Shown here in pieces: positions 1-8,755 of a stretch of DNA of 64,000 nt; within the stretch, counting starts at the first letter, position 1; each line of letters opens with the position of its first letter. The stretch comes from a virus (Duplodnaviria; Heunggongvirae; Uroviricota; Caudoviricetes). The notes under the pieces were generated by a model that was not told the DNA's origin, ran no database searches, and saw only the letters and a program-made list of their open reading frames with translations. The stretch lies in the IMG/VR virus record IMGVR_UViG_3300032326_001208, positions 1 through 64,000 of that record; one strand, given 5' to 3'. The position numbers and the translations under genes are program-made.

Positions 1-3
1 AAC

Positions 4-75
4 GCTCTGTTCGACTAAGGGTTAGGTCACATCCCTTTCACGGATGTAATACGGGTTCGAATCCCGTACAGAGTA
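4..75 (+). tRNA. tRNA-Glu (anticodon TTC)
   Basis: Cloverleaf by eye: acceptor gctctgt/acagagt, anticodon stem catcc/ggatg with loop ctttcac, T-arm acggg-ttcgaat-cccgt. Lies at the window edge. Confidence 0.65.
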
Positions 76-176
76 CAAAGGTTGATTGGGATAAGCATAT
101 TAGTATGCATAAATCGGTTAGAAATGCCAATCATAAAAGTAGATGTCCACGCACCCATCTTCTACTTTCCTATCTT

Positions 177-249
177 GCTTCCAAAGCATTGCAGGCGATG
201 CGCTTGACTTGTAATCAAGATAATTCGGTTCGATTCCGGATGGAAGCTC
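177..249 (+). tRNA. tRNA-Thr (anticodon TGT)
   Basis: Acceptor gcttcca/tggaagc, anticodon arm cttga-cttgtaa-tcaag, T-loop ggttcgattcc. Confidence 0.75.
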
Positions 250-323
250 AAACTAATTTATTGAGGACTTTGTCAACCTACGCATGACGTGGTGGTGCAA
301 TTTAAGATGAGTTGGTTTCAAAT

Positions 324-394
324 GGAGAGTTAGTTAATCGGTATAATGCTGCCTTGTCACGGCAGTGTGACGGGTTCGATTCCCGTACTTTCCG
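324..394 (+). tRNA. tRNA-Asp (anticodon GTC)
   Basis: Acceptor ggagagt/actttcc (two G-U pairs), anticodon arm ctgcc-ttgtcac-ggcag, T-arm acggg-ttcgatt-cccgt. Confidence 0.7.
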
Positions 395-500
395 CAAGTA
401 GTAAGAGCAGACGAAAGTTTAGTTTATGGTCAGTGCGCATATTCCATAGACGGCCGGTAGAAACATTGAGATATTAGACGTAGTATCTCTCTTACTATAT

Positions 501-572
501 GGGCTTGTAGTTAAATGGATATAACTTCTCACTTCTAATGAGATATTCGTGGTTCGATTCCACGCGAGCCTA
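501..572 (+). tRNA. tRNA-Arg (anticodon TCT)
   Basis: Acceptor gggcttg/cgagcct, anticodon arm tctca-cttctaa-tgaga, T-arm cgtgg-ttcgatt-ccacg, CCA encoded after the discriminator. Confidence 0.7.
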
Positions 573-590
573 CCAAATAAAAAATAAGTT

Positions 591-1040
591 ATGAGAAAAG
601 TTATTCTTTTATTCTTAACTGTTATTATGTTTATTCCGCATAATATGATTAACTCCGAAATGAGTGAGGAAGAAGTTGCGGACATAATGATAGAAAAGAA
701 AAAGATACCTTATGATGTAGTTACGGTTACAACATATACGGTATCCGCTGGTGAAACCGATTCAACTCCCCTAATTACTGCAAGTGGTTATAAGTTGGAC
801 AGTGTTAATCCTAAAAAGCAAAAGGTAATTGCAATTAGTAGAGACTTAAAACGAAAGTATAAGTTTGGACAAAAAGTAAGAGTGAAGGGTGCTGGAAAAT
901 TAGATGGTGTATATACTGTCAGAGATTTGATGGCAAAGAGGTGGACAAAAAAGATTGATATATTAATTAATCCTGATGAGAGTGGAACTAAAATCAGAAG
1001 GGTTAAAATATATAATATAAAAAAGGATTTGGATAATTAA
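591..1040 (+). CDS. Secreted 3D-domain protein (peptidoglycan-binding / MltA-like double-psi beta-barrel)
   Basis: N-terminal signal-like hydrophobic segment. TVTTYTVSAGETDSTPLITASG ... VIAISRD ... GQKVRVKG ... DLMAKRW matches the 3D (YocH/YabE/MltA C-terminal) domain pattern. Confidence 0.6.
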   Translation: MRKVILLFLTVIMFIPHNMINSEMSEEEVADIMIEKKKIPYDVVTVTTYTVSAGETDSTPLITASGYKLDSVNPKKQKVIAISRDLKRKYKFGQKVRVKGAGKLDGVYTVRDLMAKRWTKKIDILINPDESGTKIRRVKIYNIKKDLDN

Positions 1041-1084
1041 ATTATTATTCGTATCTTTGTATAGTTATTAAAAATAGTATCGCC

Positions 1085-1170
1085 GCCGGGGTGATGGAAT
1101 GGTAGACATGAAAGACTTAAAATCTTTTGAGCAGAAATCGCTCGTGTGGGTTCGAATCCCATCCCCGGTA
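1085..1170 (+). tRNA. tRNA-Leu (anticodon TAA), type II with long variable arm
   Basis: Acceptor gccgggg/ccccggt, anticodon arm aaaga-cttaaaa-tcttt, variable arm gagcagaaatcgctc, T-arm gtggg-ttcgaat-cccat. Confidence 0.75.
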
Positions 1171-1181
1171 CGTCAATTAAT

Positions 1182-1763
1182 ATGTTGAAAGAATTTAAAT
1201 TAAATTGGACATTAGATTCTGATTTAGGAGAAGTTGATGATAAGGATAAAATCATATATCAGTTAATTGAAGAAACTGCTAATGATTCCAATTCATCTAA
1301 ATTTAGAGAAGATGTTACTAAATGGATTGTGGGATTGGAAACATCTGAAAGTAAAAGAGGATATGATGATGATTTTACTGCAATAGAAGTTAAACCGCAA
1401 AATTATAATGGTGGTGTTAAGTTATGTGGTAAGGGTGCATTTACTGATTTTACTTGGAAACGTGACGAAAAATATTTTAATGATAACGTTAAAATGCTTA
1501 TATCAGGATTTTGTTATGGTAAACTTGTATTCATAATTGAGTTTCCTTATGAAAGCTTGAGAGAAGTAATACACAAATATCTACATAATCAATTACCAAA
1601 TGGTGATGAGAAAAATAGATATGTTAGAACTATAATATTCACATACAAAACTTGGATGGAAAACTCATATGAAATAAAATATGTAACTCCAAACCTTGAA
1701 AAGTATAGATATTGCATAGTAAAAGATTTTTATAAGTTGTTGGAAGATAATTTGGGGAAGTAG
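1182..1763 (+). CDS. Hypothetical protein
   Basis: 194-aa ORF; start moved to the first ATG downstream of tRNA-Leu. Its stop codon overlaps the first nucleotides of tRNA-Ala. Confidence 0.5.
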   Translation: MLKEFKLNWTLDSDLGEVDDKDKIIYQLIEETANDSNSSKFREDVTKWIVGLETSESKRGYDDDFTAIEVKPQNYNGGVKLCGKGAFTDFTWKRDEKYFNDNVKMLISGFCYGKLVFIIEFPYESLREVIHKYLHNQLPNGDEKNRYVRTIIFTYKTWMENSYEIKYVTPNLEKYRYCIVKDFYKLLEDNLGK

Positions 1764-1827
1764 CTCAGTTGGCTAGAGCACCTGCCTTGCACGCAGGGGG
1801 TCATGGGTTCGACTCCCTTCTTCTCCA
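1754..1827 (+). tRNA. tRNA-Ala (anticodon TGC)
   Basis: ggggaagtagctcagttggctagagc D-arm, anticodon arm cctgc-cttgcac-gcagg, T-loop gggttcgactccc, acceptor 3' cttctcc. Confidence 0.75.
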
Positions 1828-1831
1828 CATT

Positions 1832-1906
1832 GGACCTGTAGCTCAGTTGGTTAGTAGCACCTGACTCATAATCAGGGGGTCATAGGTTCAAGTCCTATCG
1901 GGTCCA
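1832..1906 (+). tRNA. tRNA-Met (anticodon CAT; could be an Ile2/lysidine type)
   Basis: ggacctgtagctcagttggttagtagc, anticodon arm cctga-ctcataa-tcagg, T-loop ggttcaagtcc, acceptor 3' cgggtcc. Confidence 0.7.
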
Positions 1907-1913
1907 CAAACAA

Positions 1914-1986
1914 GCGGAAGTAGCTCATTTGGTAGAGCATGACCTTGCCAAGGTCAGGGTGGCCAGTTCGAGCCTGGTCTTCCGCT
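1914..1986 (+). tRNA. tRNA-Gly (anticodon GCC)
   Basis: gcggaagtagctcatttggtagagc, anticodon arm tgacc-ttgccaa-ggtca, T-loop agttcgagcct, acceptor 3' cttccgc then tcca. Confidence 0.75.
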
Positions 1987-2044
1987 CCAAAGCAGATAAA
2001 ATGTGTAGTAACTGCAGGAATGATATCTTCCACTACACTCTTTA

Positions 2045-2117
2045 GCGAGAGTAGCTCATTTGGTAGAGCGGTAGCCTTCCAAGCTTCAGGTGGCCAGTTC
2101 GAGCCTGGTCTCTCGCT
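2045..2117 (+). tRNA. tRNA-Gly (anticodon TCC)
   Basis: Paralogue of the previous gene (gcgagagtagctcatttggtagagc), anticodon loop cttccaa with one stem mismatch, identical T-arm, acceptor 3' ctctcgc. Confidence 0.65.
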
Positions 2118-2254
2118 CAAGTGGGCCTGTTAGTATTAGGCCGCAAGAAGAATAGATGTTTTTCAATTACTAAACACTCAAGTACCCATACCGCTAGCGA
2201 TGGGCTAAGTAAGATACAATTTCGCACTGCGGGAAGTAGAATGCTTGAGATTAT

Positions 2255-2326
2255 TGCCCGATGATGTAATGGTTAGCATCACAGATTTTGATTCTGTTCG
2301 TATTGGTTCGAGTCCAGTTCGGGTAA
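2255..2326 (+). tRNA. tRNA-Gln (anticodon TTG)
   Basis: Acceptor tgcccga/tcgggta, anticodon arm acaga-ttttgat-tctgt, T-arm attgg-ttcgagt-ccagt. Confidence 0.6.
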
Positions 2327-2345
2327 CTCATTAAAAACAAATGTT

Positions 2346-2615
2346 ATGGGAATTTTTTGGACTTATTATTTGATTTGTTTGGCGTATTGTTTATATATGT
2401 CATTCAAGAAATGGAATAGAGATATGATGGCAGGTGGATTAGGCATTTCGCCTGGTTTAGATACATTGGCTCTATTACTCATGTGTTGGATATTAGCACC
2501 AGTAGATATATTCTTAACTTGGGTTAGGGTATATAAAGAAGCTGAAGAAGCTAGAAGAAAACATGCTGATACTGAAAATAGTTTAGACGGTAAAAGCGAA
2601 GAGAAAGTATTCTAA
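2346..2615 (+). CDS. Hypothetical small membrane protein
   Basis: 89-aa ORF with two hydrophobic segments, between tRNA genes. Confidence 0.4.
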   Translation: MGIFWTYYLICLAYCLYMSFKKWNRDMMAGGLGISPGLDTLALLLMCWILAPVDIFLTWVRVYKEAEEARRKHADTENSLDGKSEEKVF

Positions 2616-2632
2616 TTATTAGAGTACTTATT

Positions 2633-2718
2633 GGAGAGATGGCAGAGTTGGTCTATCGCGCTTGACTTGAAATCAAGTGTACTGCAAGGTACCGTGGGTT
2701 CGAATCCTACTCTCTCCG
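2633..2718 (+). tRNA. tRNA-Ser (anticodon TGA), type II
   Basis: Acceptor ggagaga/tctctcc, anticodon arm cttga-cttgaaa-tcaag, long variable arm, T-arm gtggg-ttcgaat-cctac. Confidence 0.75.
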
Positions 2719-2731
2719 CATATATATTATT

Positions 2732-3265
2732 ATGAAAGTTATATTATTTGTTGCATTAGAAAATGAGTTTCCAAAGGAAAACGCACCAGACGGTGTTAAA
2801 GTTGTTTATACTGGTGTTGGAAAAGTAAATGCGGCTATAAAAGCAACTGAAACTCTTAAAGATTTAGACCCCAAAGATGTAGTAGTTATAAACTACGGAA
2901 GTGCGGGTGGGCATGCCGTTATGGTTGGTAACCTATTTAAGTGTAAAACATTTGTCCAAAACGATATGGATGCCAGACCATTTGCAGATAAAACAATTAC
3001 ACCATTTGATAATGAAATAGTAATGGGTAATATTGATTTCAATGGATTGGGATATAATATATGTTATACACAAGACCATTTTCAAACCACACCATCTGTA
3101 ATATGTGATATGGAAGCATACTCAATTGCAAAGGTATGTAAGATTTATGGATTTGATTTTACAGCTTATAAGTATGTAAGTGATAATGGTAATCCTGATG
3201 ATTGGGAAGCTAATCACAATAAAGGAATTGAATTATTTTTAAAATCGTTACAAAATATGCCCTGA
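2732..3265 (+). CDS. MTA/SAH-nucleosidase-like protein (PNP_UDP_1 fold), short form
   Basis: TGVGKVNAA ... INYGSAGG ... DMEAYSIAKVC ... YVSDNG aligns with the Pfs/MtnN motifs SGIGKVAAA, NTGSAGG, EMEATAIAHVC and RAISDVAD. Confidence 0.65.
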   Translation: MKVILFVALENEFPKENAPDGVKVVYTGVGKVNAAIKATETLKDLDPKDVVVINYGSAGGHAVMVGNLFKCKTFVQNDMDARPFADKTITPFDNEIVMGNIDFNGLGYNICYTQDHFQTTPSVICDMEAYSIAKVCKIYGFDFTAYKYVSDNGNPDDWEANHNKGIELFLKSLQNMP

Positions 3266-3339
3266 TGGTGGAACGGTAGACACGTCAGTTTTAGGAACTG
3301 ATATCGCGAGGTGTGAGAGTTCGAGTCTCTCTTGGGGTA
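3259..3339 (+). tRNA. tRNA-Leu (anticodon TAG), type II; weak acceptor stem
   Basis: D-arm GTG-GAACGGTAGA-CAC is the typical tRNA-Leu pattern. Anticodon arm tcagt-tttagga-actga, T-arm gagag-ttcgagt-ctctc. Acceptor gccctga/ttggggt has three G-U pairs, and the variable arm is poorly paired. Confidence 0.5.
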
Positions 3340-3355
3340 CAAACAACTTATTAAT

Positions 3356-4051
3356 ATGATAGTATTTTTTAAAAATTATAAAAGGACTGATAGAACTTAT
3401 TTATCAATTCAATCGGTTAGACATCTTTTTCCTAGTATTGATATAAGATGTCTTTTTTTATATAATAGTGATGCAAGAGAATATGCAGATGTAATTGATA
3501 AATTTAAAGAATTAAATGTTCAAATATACTATGATAAAAAGAAATGGAATTTTGATAATTTATCAGGAGCGGGTTCTGCAGACAACGGGTATTATTTTAC
3601 CGAAGCGATAAATAAAATACAATTTATAACTTCCGATATTGATGGTAAGGTACTAATAGTAGATGAAGATACATTCTTTACATCGGGTGAAACTATTAAA
3701 TTTTTATTAAATACTGAACTTGATTTAGCATGTTCATATTGGCCATCTCCCATAACATCGAAGCCATATATTTACGAAAAGCATAATATTAATGGTATAA
3801 ATGGGAGTATATTGTGTATAAATCCTAAAAAATTAAATAATCTATTTCCAATAAGAGAGGAGAGAGAATATATTGAAAATATATTAGCATATGAACTGGT
3901 TGATAGATGTTTAGATTTGAACTACAAAGTAGTTGAAATACCAACTAGATTTTATTATAATTATTATAATGATGGAGTACATACAAACTCTTTAGAAGAT
4001 ATAATTATTTTTATGCACAAAGCAAAAATACCATATAAATTATTAAATTAA
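3356..4051 (+). CDS. Hypothetical protein; possible glycosyl-/sugar-transferase (VDEDTFF acidic motif)
   Basis: 231-aa ORF; start chosen downstream of tRNA-Leu. DED motif inside a hydrophobic beta-strand context; no stronger evidence. Confidence 0.45.
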   Translation: MIVFFKNYKRTDRTYLSIQSVRHLFPSIDIRCLFLYNSDAREYADVIDKFKELNVQIYYDKKKWNFDNLSGAGSADNGYYFTEAINKIQFITSDIDGKVLIVDEDTFFTSGETIKFLLNTELDLACSYWPSPITSKPYIYEKHNINGINGSILCINPKKLNNLFPIREEREYIENILAYELVDRCLDLNYKVVEIPTRFYYNYYNDGVHTNSLEDIIIFMHKAKIPYKLLN

Positions 4052-4055
4052 AATT

Positions 4056-4595
4056 ATGCAAATTTTTCAAACAAGAAACGAGTTAATTGATACACTTCCA
4101 AAAGGAATATCATGTGTTGAGTTGGGAGTTTTTAAATCCGAATTTTCAGATGAAATTATTAGTAGAATGCAACCATCATCTTTATATTTAGTTGATATAT
4201 GGGATGGTAGTATGGCATCTGGTGATAAAGATGGTATTAATGTTATCCATATTCCCGATATGGAAGAAGTTTATAATTTTATTTTAAAAAAATATAATGA
4301 TGATTCTAAAATAAATGTTGTAAGAAAACCAAGTAAAGAATTTTTAAAATCATTTACCGATGATAGATTTGATTTTATATATGTTGATGCAGACCATTCA
4401 TATACAGCGGTTAAAAATGATTTGATTTTATCTATGAATAAATTAAAAAATGGAGGATATTTGGCAGGACATGATTACATACCTAACTATGAAGTTAGAT
4501 ATGCCGTAGATGATTTTTGTAAAGAATATGGGCAAGAAATAATTGCTATAACAAAAGATGGGTGTCCATCATTTTTAATACAAATTAAAAAGTAA
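4056..4595 (+). CDS. Class I SAM-dependent methyltransferase (TylF/Methyltransf_24-like)
   Basis: ELGVFKSEFS (glycine-rich SAM loop) and FIYVDADHSYTAVKNDL match the Methyltransf_24 DxDH signature. Confidence 0.6.
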   Translation: MQIFQTRNELIDTLPKGISCVELGVFKSEFSDEIISRMQPSSLYLVDIWDGSMASGDKDGINVIHIPDMEEVYNFILKKYNDDSKINVVRKPSKEFLKSFTDDRFDFIYVDADHSYTAVKNDLILSMNKLKNGGYLAGHDYIPNYEVRYAVDDFCKEYGQEIIAITKDGCPSFLIQIKK

Positions 4596-5395
4596 TGGCT
4601 AATATACATCATATAACATTTGCTACCGGTAATAGTAGAGTTACGGGTTTACCATATGCAGATACACAAAAATTAATGGTTGATTCTATACAATCTCAAA
4701 CTAACAGAAAAGTAATTCACCATACATTTGACTTGGAAAAATTAAAACAACAAAGTTGGTATCAAAGAGTGGCCGAATATCCAACAAAGTTTCCTGACCC
4801 CTGGGGTAGAGATGGTTTGTATTGTGCATATAAAGTATTTATTGCAGAGGAATTGATGGAAAGAATAGACGATGGTGATTTTGTATATTATACAGATAGT
4901 TCAGCTTATTTTAGAGAACCATTTCAACAAAATATAGATAGATTGTTTGATTATGTAGAGTATAACGGACATGCATGTGGTTCAGCTGGGAATGATTTTA
5001 AACATAATAGTTTTGGATGTTGTGATAAAAAAATTGTGTGGGATAGAATTTGGCCGGAATTAAATGATAAATATGGTTGGATGATGGGAAGGCCTCATAT
5101 ACTAGCTTCTTGGTATTGTTTTCAAAAAAATCCACAAAGTGTAAAGTTTATAAAAGAATGGGCACATTATTTCACCGATGAAATTGATGGTAAACCATTG
5201 TGTACATTTCATCATACTGTTGACCAAAGTATTTTTAATATATTAGTTTACAAATATGGGATGCGAGTTTTTTTCAATAATACACATCATGACCATAATA
5301 AAAATCACAATAACGTTCATAGACAATTAAATTTAGAACCAAATAGTGATATTGAAAATTTAAAAAAGTGGTTTTATGACCCTAATAATCTATGA
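4595..5395 (+). CDS. Hypothetical protein within the sugar-modification cluster
   Basis: 266-aa ORF; ATGA start/stop overlap with the upstream gene; no recognised motif. Confidence 0.5.
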   Translation: MANIHHITFATGNSRVTGLPYADTQKLMVDSIQSQTNRKVIHHTFDLEKLKQQSWYQRVAEYPTKFPDPWGRDGLYCAYKVFIAEELMERIDDGDFVYYTDSSAYFREPFQQNIDRLFDYVEYNGHACGSAGNDFKHNSFGCCDKKIVWDRIWPELNDKYGWMMGRPHILASWYCFQKNPQSVKFIKEWAHYFTDEIDGKPLCTFHHTVDQSIFNILVYKYGMRVFFNNTHHDHNKNHNNVHRQLNLEPNSDIENLKKWFYDPNNL

Positions 5396-5823
5396 GTAAA
5401 ATACTATATACAGGCGGAACTTTTGACATATTGCATTACGGGCATATGAATTTTTTAAGACAATGTTCTAAAATAGCAGATAAAGTAATTGTGTCACTAA
5501 ACACAGACGAGTTTATTGAATATTATAAAGGGAAACCGCCAATTATGACTTACGAAGAACGAAAGAAATCTTTGGAGTTTTGTAAGTTTGTAGATGAGGT
5601 TATTCCAAACATCGGGGGAGCTGATAGTAAACCATCAATAATGCAAGTTAAACCCGATATCATAGCAATTGGTGATGATTGGGCAAAGAAAGATTATTAT
5701 ACACAAATGCAATTCACACAGGATTGGCTGGATGAAAATGATATAGTATTAGTTTACTTAGCATACACCAGAGGAATTAGTACAACTGACATTAAAAAAA
5801 GAATAACAAATGGAACAATATAA
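5392..5823 (+). CDS. Glycerol-3-phosphate cytidylyltransferase-like (TagD family nucleotidyltransferase)
   Basis: YTGGTFDILHYGH (HxGH) ... SLNTDEF ... FVDEVIP ... IGDDW ... RGISTTDIKKRI aligns along its length with B. subtilis TagD. Confidence 0.8.
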   Translation: MSKILYTGGTFDILHYGHMNFLRQCSKIADKVIVSLNTDEFIEYYKGKPPIMTYEERKKSLEFCKFVDEVIPNIGGADSKPSIMQVKPDIIAIGDDWAKKDYYTQMQFTQDWLDENDIVLVYLAYTRGISTTDIKKRITNGTI

Positions 5824-6622
5824 AAATACATTAGATTACATTAATAAGTTTACATATACTAAGCCAAAAATAGGATTAGTGTTAGGTTCGGGATTGGGAG
5901 ATGTTGCCAACGATATAGATATTACGGCTACAATTCCATATAAAGATATTCCTGGTTTTATTGCACCAACGATTGAAGGTCATAAAGGCAATTTGATATT
6001 TGGTTATTTGAATGATGTACCGGTTGTAGCACTTCAGGGTAGAAATCATTACTACGAAGGATATACAATGGAGCAAATTACATACCCAATACGGATACTT
6101 AAAATGTTAGGTATAGAAAGATTAATAACATCAAATGCAACCGGTGGTATGAACCCTAATTTTGAAATTGGCGATGTTATGTTTGTAAATGACCACATTA
6201 ATCTAATGGGTGATAACCCGTTGATAGGGCCAAACGATGATTCAATGGGCCCTCGTTTTTTAGATGTTAGTACGGCATACGATAAAGAAATGATTGAAGT
6301 TGCAAAACAATGTAGTAGTGGTATTCGTACACATGAAGGAGTATTGATAGCAGTATCCGGTCCAAACTATGAAACGCCAGCAGAGTATAGATATATGAGT
6401 ATAATAGGTGGAGATGCGGTTGGGATGTCAACTATACCTGAAGTATTAGTTGCCAGACATATGGGGGTTAAAGTATTCTCAATGTCTTTGATTACTGATT
6501 TAGGAGTTGCAGGTAAGATAGTAGAAATAACGCACGAAGAAGTGCAAAGAGTAGCAAATGAAAGTGCAGATAAAATGAGTTTAATAGTAAAACACATAGT
6601 ATCTCATTTTGGTAAAAAATAA
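5810..6622 (+). CDS. Purine nucleoside phosphorylase (trimeric PunA/PNP family)
   Basis: GLVLGSGLG ... GFIAPTIEGHKGNLIFG ... VVALQGRNHYYEG ... TSNATGG ... GMSTIPE are canonical PNP-I motifs. Confidence 0.8.
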   Translation: MEQYKNTLDYINKFTYTKPKIGLVLGSGLGDVANDIDITATIPYKDIPGFIAPTIEGHKGNLIFGYLNDVPVVALQGRNHYYEGYTMEQITYPIRILKMLGIERLITSNATGGMNPNFEIGDVMFVNDHINLMGDNPLIGPNDDSMGPRFLDVSTAYDKEMIEVAKQCSSGIRTHEGVLIAVSGPNYETPAEYRYMSIIGGDAVGMSTIPEVLVARHMGVKVFSMSLITDLGVAGKIVEITHEEVQRVANESADKMSLIVKHIVSHFGKK

Positions 6623-6627
6623 AATAT

Positions 6628-7083
6628 ATGAAGTACAAAAAATTGTATGGTAAAGAAGAATTTGAACTTATCCCTTATGTTAAAAATTATTTGGAAAACA
6701 ATGATGGAATTGAAATTCTTATTGGATGCGATTCCCAAAACTTTGCAGATAAAACGATATATGCAGTTGTTGTGGCGTTGTACACTACCGGAAAAGGTGC
6801 ACATGTACTTTATAGAAGATGGAAAGCGGATAGAGAATTTACCCGTTCAGTTAGATTATTGAATGAAGTTTGGTACGCAATTGAAACCGCTGAATTCTTA
6901 AAAGAGGCTGGTATTCCAAAACCAAAGTGGATTGATATAGATTTAAATCCAGACCCACGCTTTAAATCAAATGAAGTATTTAGACAAGCGGTTGGTTTAG
7001 TAGAAGGTATGGGGTATGAAGTTAGATATAAAACATTAGGTCCAATCGCAACTTATGCGGCTGACCATTTAGTTAAAATATAA
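6628..7083 (+). CDS. DUF458 / YkuK-like protein (RNase-H-like fold)
   Basis: ILIGCDSQ ... KTIYAVVVAL ... GKGAHVLYRR ... IDIDLNPD pattern resembles YkuK-family proteins as recalled; not checked against any database. Confidence 0.4.
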   Translation: MKYKKLYGKEEFELIPYVKNYLENNDGIEILIGCDSQNFADKTIYAVVVALYTTGKGAHVLYRRWKADREFTRSVRLLNEVWYAIETAEFLKEAGIPKPKWIDIDLNPDPRFKSNEVFRQAVGLVEGMGYEVRYKTLGPIATYAADHLVKI

Positions 7084-7084
7084 T

Positions 7085-7810
7085 ATGAAAGTAGCAATTG
7101 TATTAACAGGACATTGTAGAGATTTTGAATTAGTATTTGCTAATTTAGAAGAACACTTATTTAAAAAATATAATGCAGATGTTTATTTTAATACTTGGAA
7201 TGTCAATCAACATTCTATCAATAGTGTTGGTAAGTTTAATTTAGCATATCATCCAGTTGATAAAGATTATATAGTATCAAAGTTACAACCATATCTTAAA
7301 AATTATAATTTTGAATCTTGGGACGATTATCAAAAAAATAGATTTCCTAATATTTCATTATTAGATAGAGAAGATGATGTCTTTAAAGTAAATCCAAGAG
7401 CAATATATCACGGAACATATTATATTGAAAGAATAAGAGACCAATGGTGGATGGTTAAGAACGCTTGGAGTTTGATAGAAAATCCATATCAGTATGATAT
7501 TATAATGAGAGTTAGATTTGATATGCTGTTTCATCACATTGAACTTAAAAAAGCTAAATTTGTAGTTCCAAAGAGTGATATTGAATTTTATAAAATAGAA
7601 ACACATTGGAGCGATTATTTTGCATATGGTGAACCTGATGCTATGTACAAATATTTTCATATGTTTAACTCAATAGAAAATATGTACGTTGACTATAATA
7701 TAGATATTACACATGCGGAACAAATGCACGAATGGTATATGAAAGAGTATGGCAACAAAGTACAATCTTTTATTGATTCGGAAATTGTATATGAAAAAGT
7801 TAAAAAATAA
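7085..7810 (+). CDS. Hypothetical protein, paralogue of the next gene (possible LPS/glycan transferase)
   Basis: 241-aa ORF. Shares an N-terminal pattern (VLTGHCRDF ... YFNTWN) with 7813..8529 (IIIQGRCEDE ... ISTWN). Confidence 0.5.
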   Translation: MKVAIVLTGHCRDFELVFANLEEHLFKKYNADVYFNTWNVNQHSINSVGKFNLAYHPVDKDYIVSKLQPYLKNYNFESWDDYQKNRFPNISLLDREDDVFKVNPRAIYHGTYYIERIRDQWWMVKNAWSLIENPYQYDIIMRVRFDMLFHHIELKKAKFVVPKSDIEFYKIETHWSDYFAYGEPDAMYKYFHMFNSIENMYVDYNIDITHAEQMHEWYMKEYGNKVQSFIDSEIVYEKVKK

Positions 7811-7812
7811 AT

Positions 7813-8529
7813 ATGATAGAAGATTTAACTATAATAATACAGGGAAGATGTGAAGATGAGACATTAAAAATGTGGTTTGAAAATTACTCAAATCATAAAG
7901 TTATCATATCAACTTGGAATGATTACACTATACCATTTGAAATACCATCAAATTGGAAAGTAATAAAATCAGATGGGATTGATTTTGAATTTGATGGAAT
8001 GGGTCATATGCAAAACTTGGAATATCAAATAATATCAACTTTAAATGGATTGAATTTGACTGAAACAAAATATGCGATTAAAGTTAGGGGTGATGAATAT
8101 TGGACAGGAGTGGATAAGATGTATTATTCATTAAAATCCGATGAAACTCTATTATGTAGTTCTATGTTTTTTAGACCATTAGATTGTCCATATCCATTTC
8201 ACATAGGAGACCATATAATATGTGGTACGGTTGAAAATATGAAAATCATGTTTAATAAAACGAAAGAAAACCTAATTTCTAATTTTAGAAATAATAATAC
8301 ACCTGAATCAAATCTTGGCATGGCATATATTCAAGAAAAAGAAAACTATTCAATTGAAAAAATGTTTGATATATGTAACACTATATCTTGGGAAAGTTAT
8401 ATGAAAAAATGGTTTGATATATTTGATATAAATCAACTTAAACCGTATATTGCAACACAAAAAGACCGCGGGATTCGGGTTCATTATAGAAGTGATTTCA
8501 CAAATACAGGATGTATAACTGAATTTTAA
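7813..8529 (+). CDS. Hypothetical protein, paralogue of the previous gene
   Basis: 238-aa ORF; similar N-terminal motif. Confidence 0.5.
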   Translation: MIEDLTIIIQGRCEDETLKMWFENYSNHKVIISTWNDYTIPFEIPSNWKVIKSDGIDFEFDGMGHMQNLEYQIISTLNGLNLTETKYAIKVRGDEYWTGVDKMYYSLKSDETLLCSSMFFRPLDCPYPFHIGDHIICGTVENMKIMFNKTKENLISNFRNNNTPESNLGMAYIQEKENYSIEKMFDICNTISWESYMKKWFDIFDINQLKPYIATQKDRGIRVHYRSDFTNTGCITEF

Positions 8530-8540
8530 ACAAAAAATTT

Positions 8541-8750
8541 ATGCCAGAAAATAAAACAAAAATTAATGATGGACACTATTTAGAATTAATGGACAGATTG
8601 CATGTTATAATGTGTACCCTAAATGACCATTGTGTAGAACATCCATTAACGGAAACTGATAGTGAACTAAAATTTCAATTGGAATATGCATTAGGAAGAT
8701 TATGGGATGTATATCAGTATGTTGGTAATATGGAACAAACTAAAAAATAA
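8541..8750 (+). CDS. Hypothetical protein
   Basis: 69-aa ORF in the co-directional tiling. Confidence 0.4.
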   Translation: MPENKTKINDGHYLELMDRLHVIMCTLNDHCVEHPLTETDSELKFQLEYALGRLWDVYQYVGNMEQTKK

Positions 8751-8755
8751 AATAT

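Noticed and set aside
105-287. 60-aa ORF in the track
   Set aside because: Lies entirely across tRNA-Thr and inter-tRNA spacer; the tRNA structure is much better supported.
1872-2133. ORFs on both strands (1872..2120 minus, 1939..2133 plus)
   Set aside because: They overlap tRNA-Met, tRNA-Gly(GCC) and tRNA-Gly(TCC); their open frames come from GC-rich tRNA sequence.
2133-2250. Possible 13th tRNA between tRNA-Gly and tRNA-Gln
   Set aside because: Only a ggcctgttagtattaggcc hairpin found; no T-loop (GTTCGA) or cloverleaf could be built by eye.
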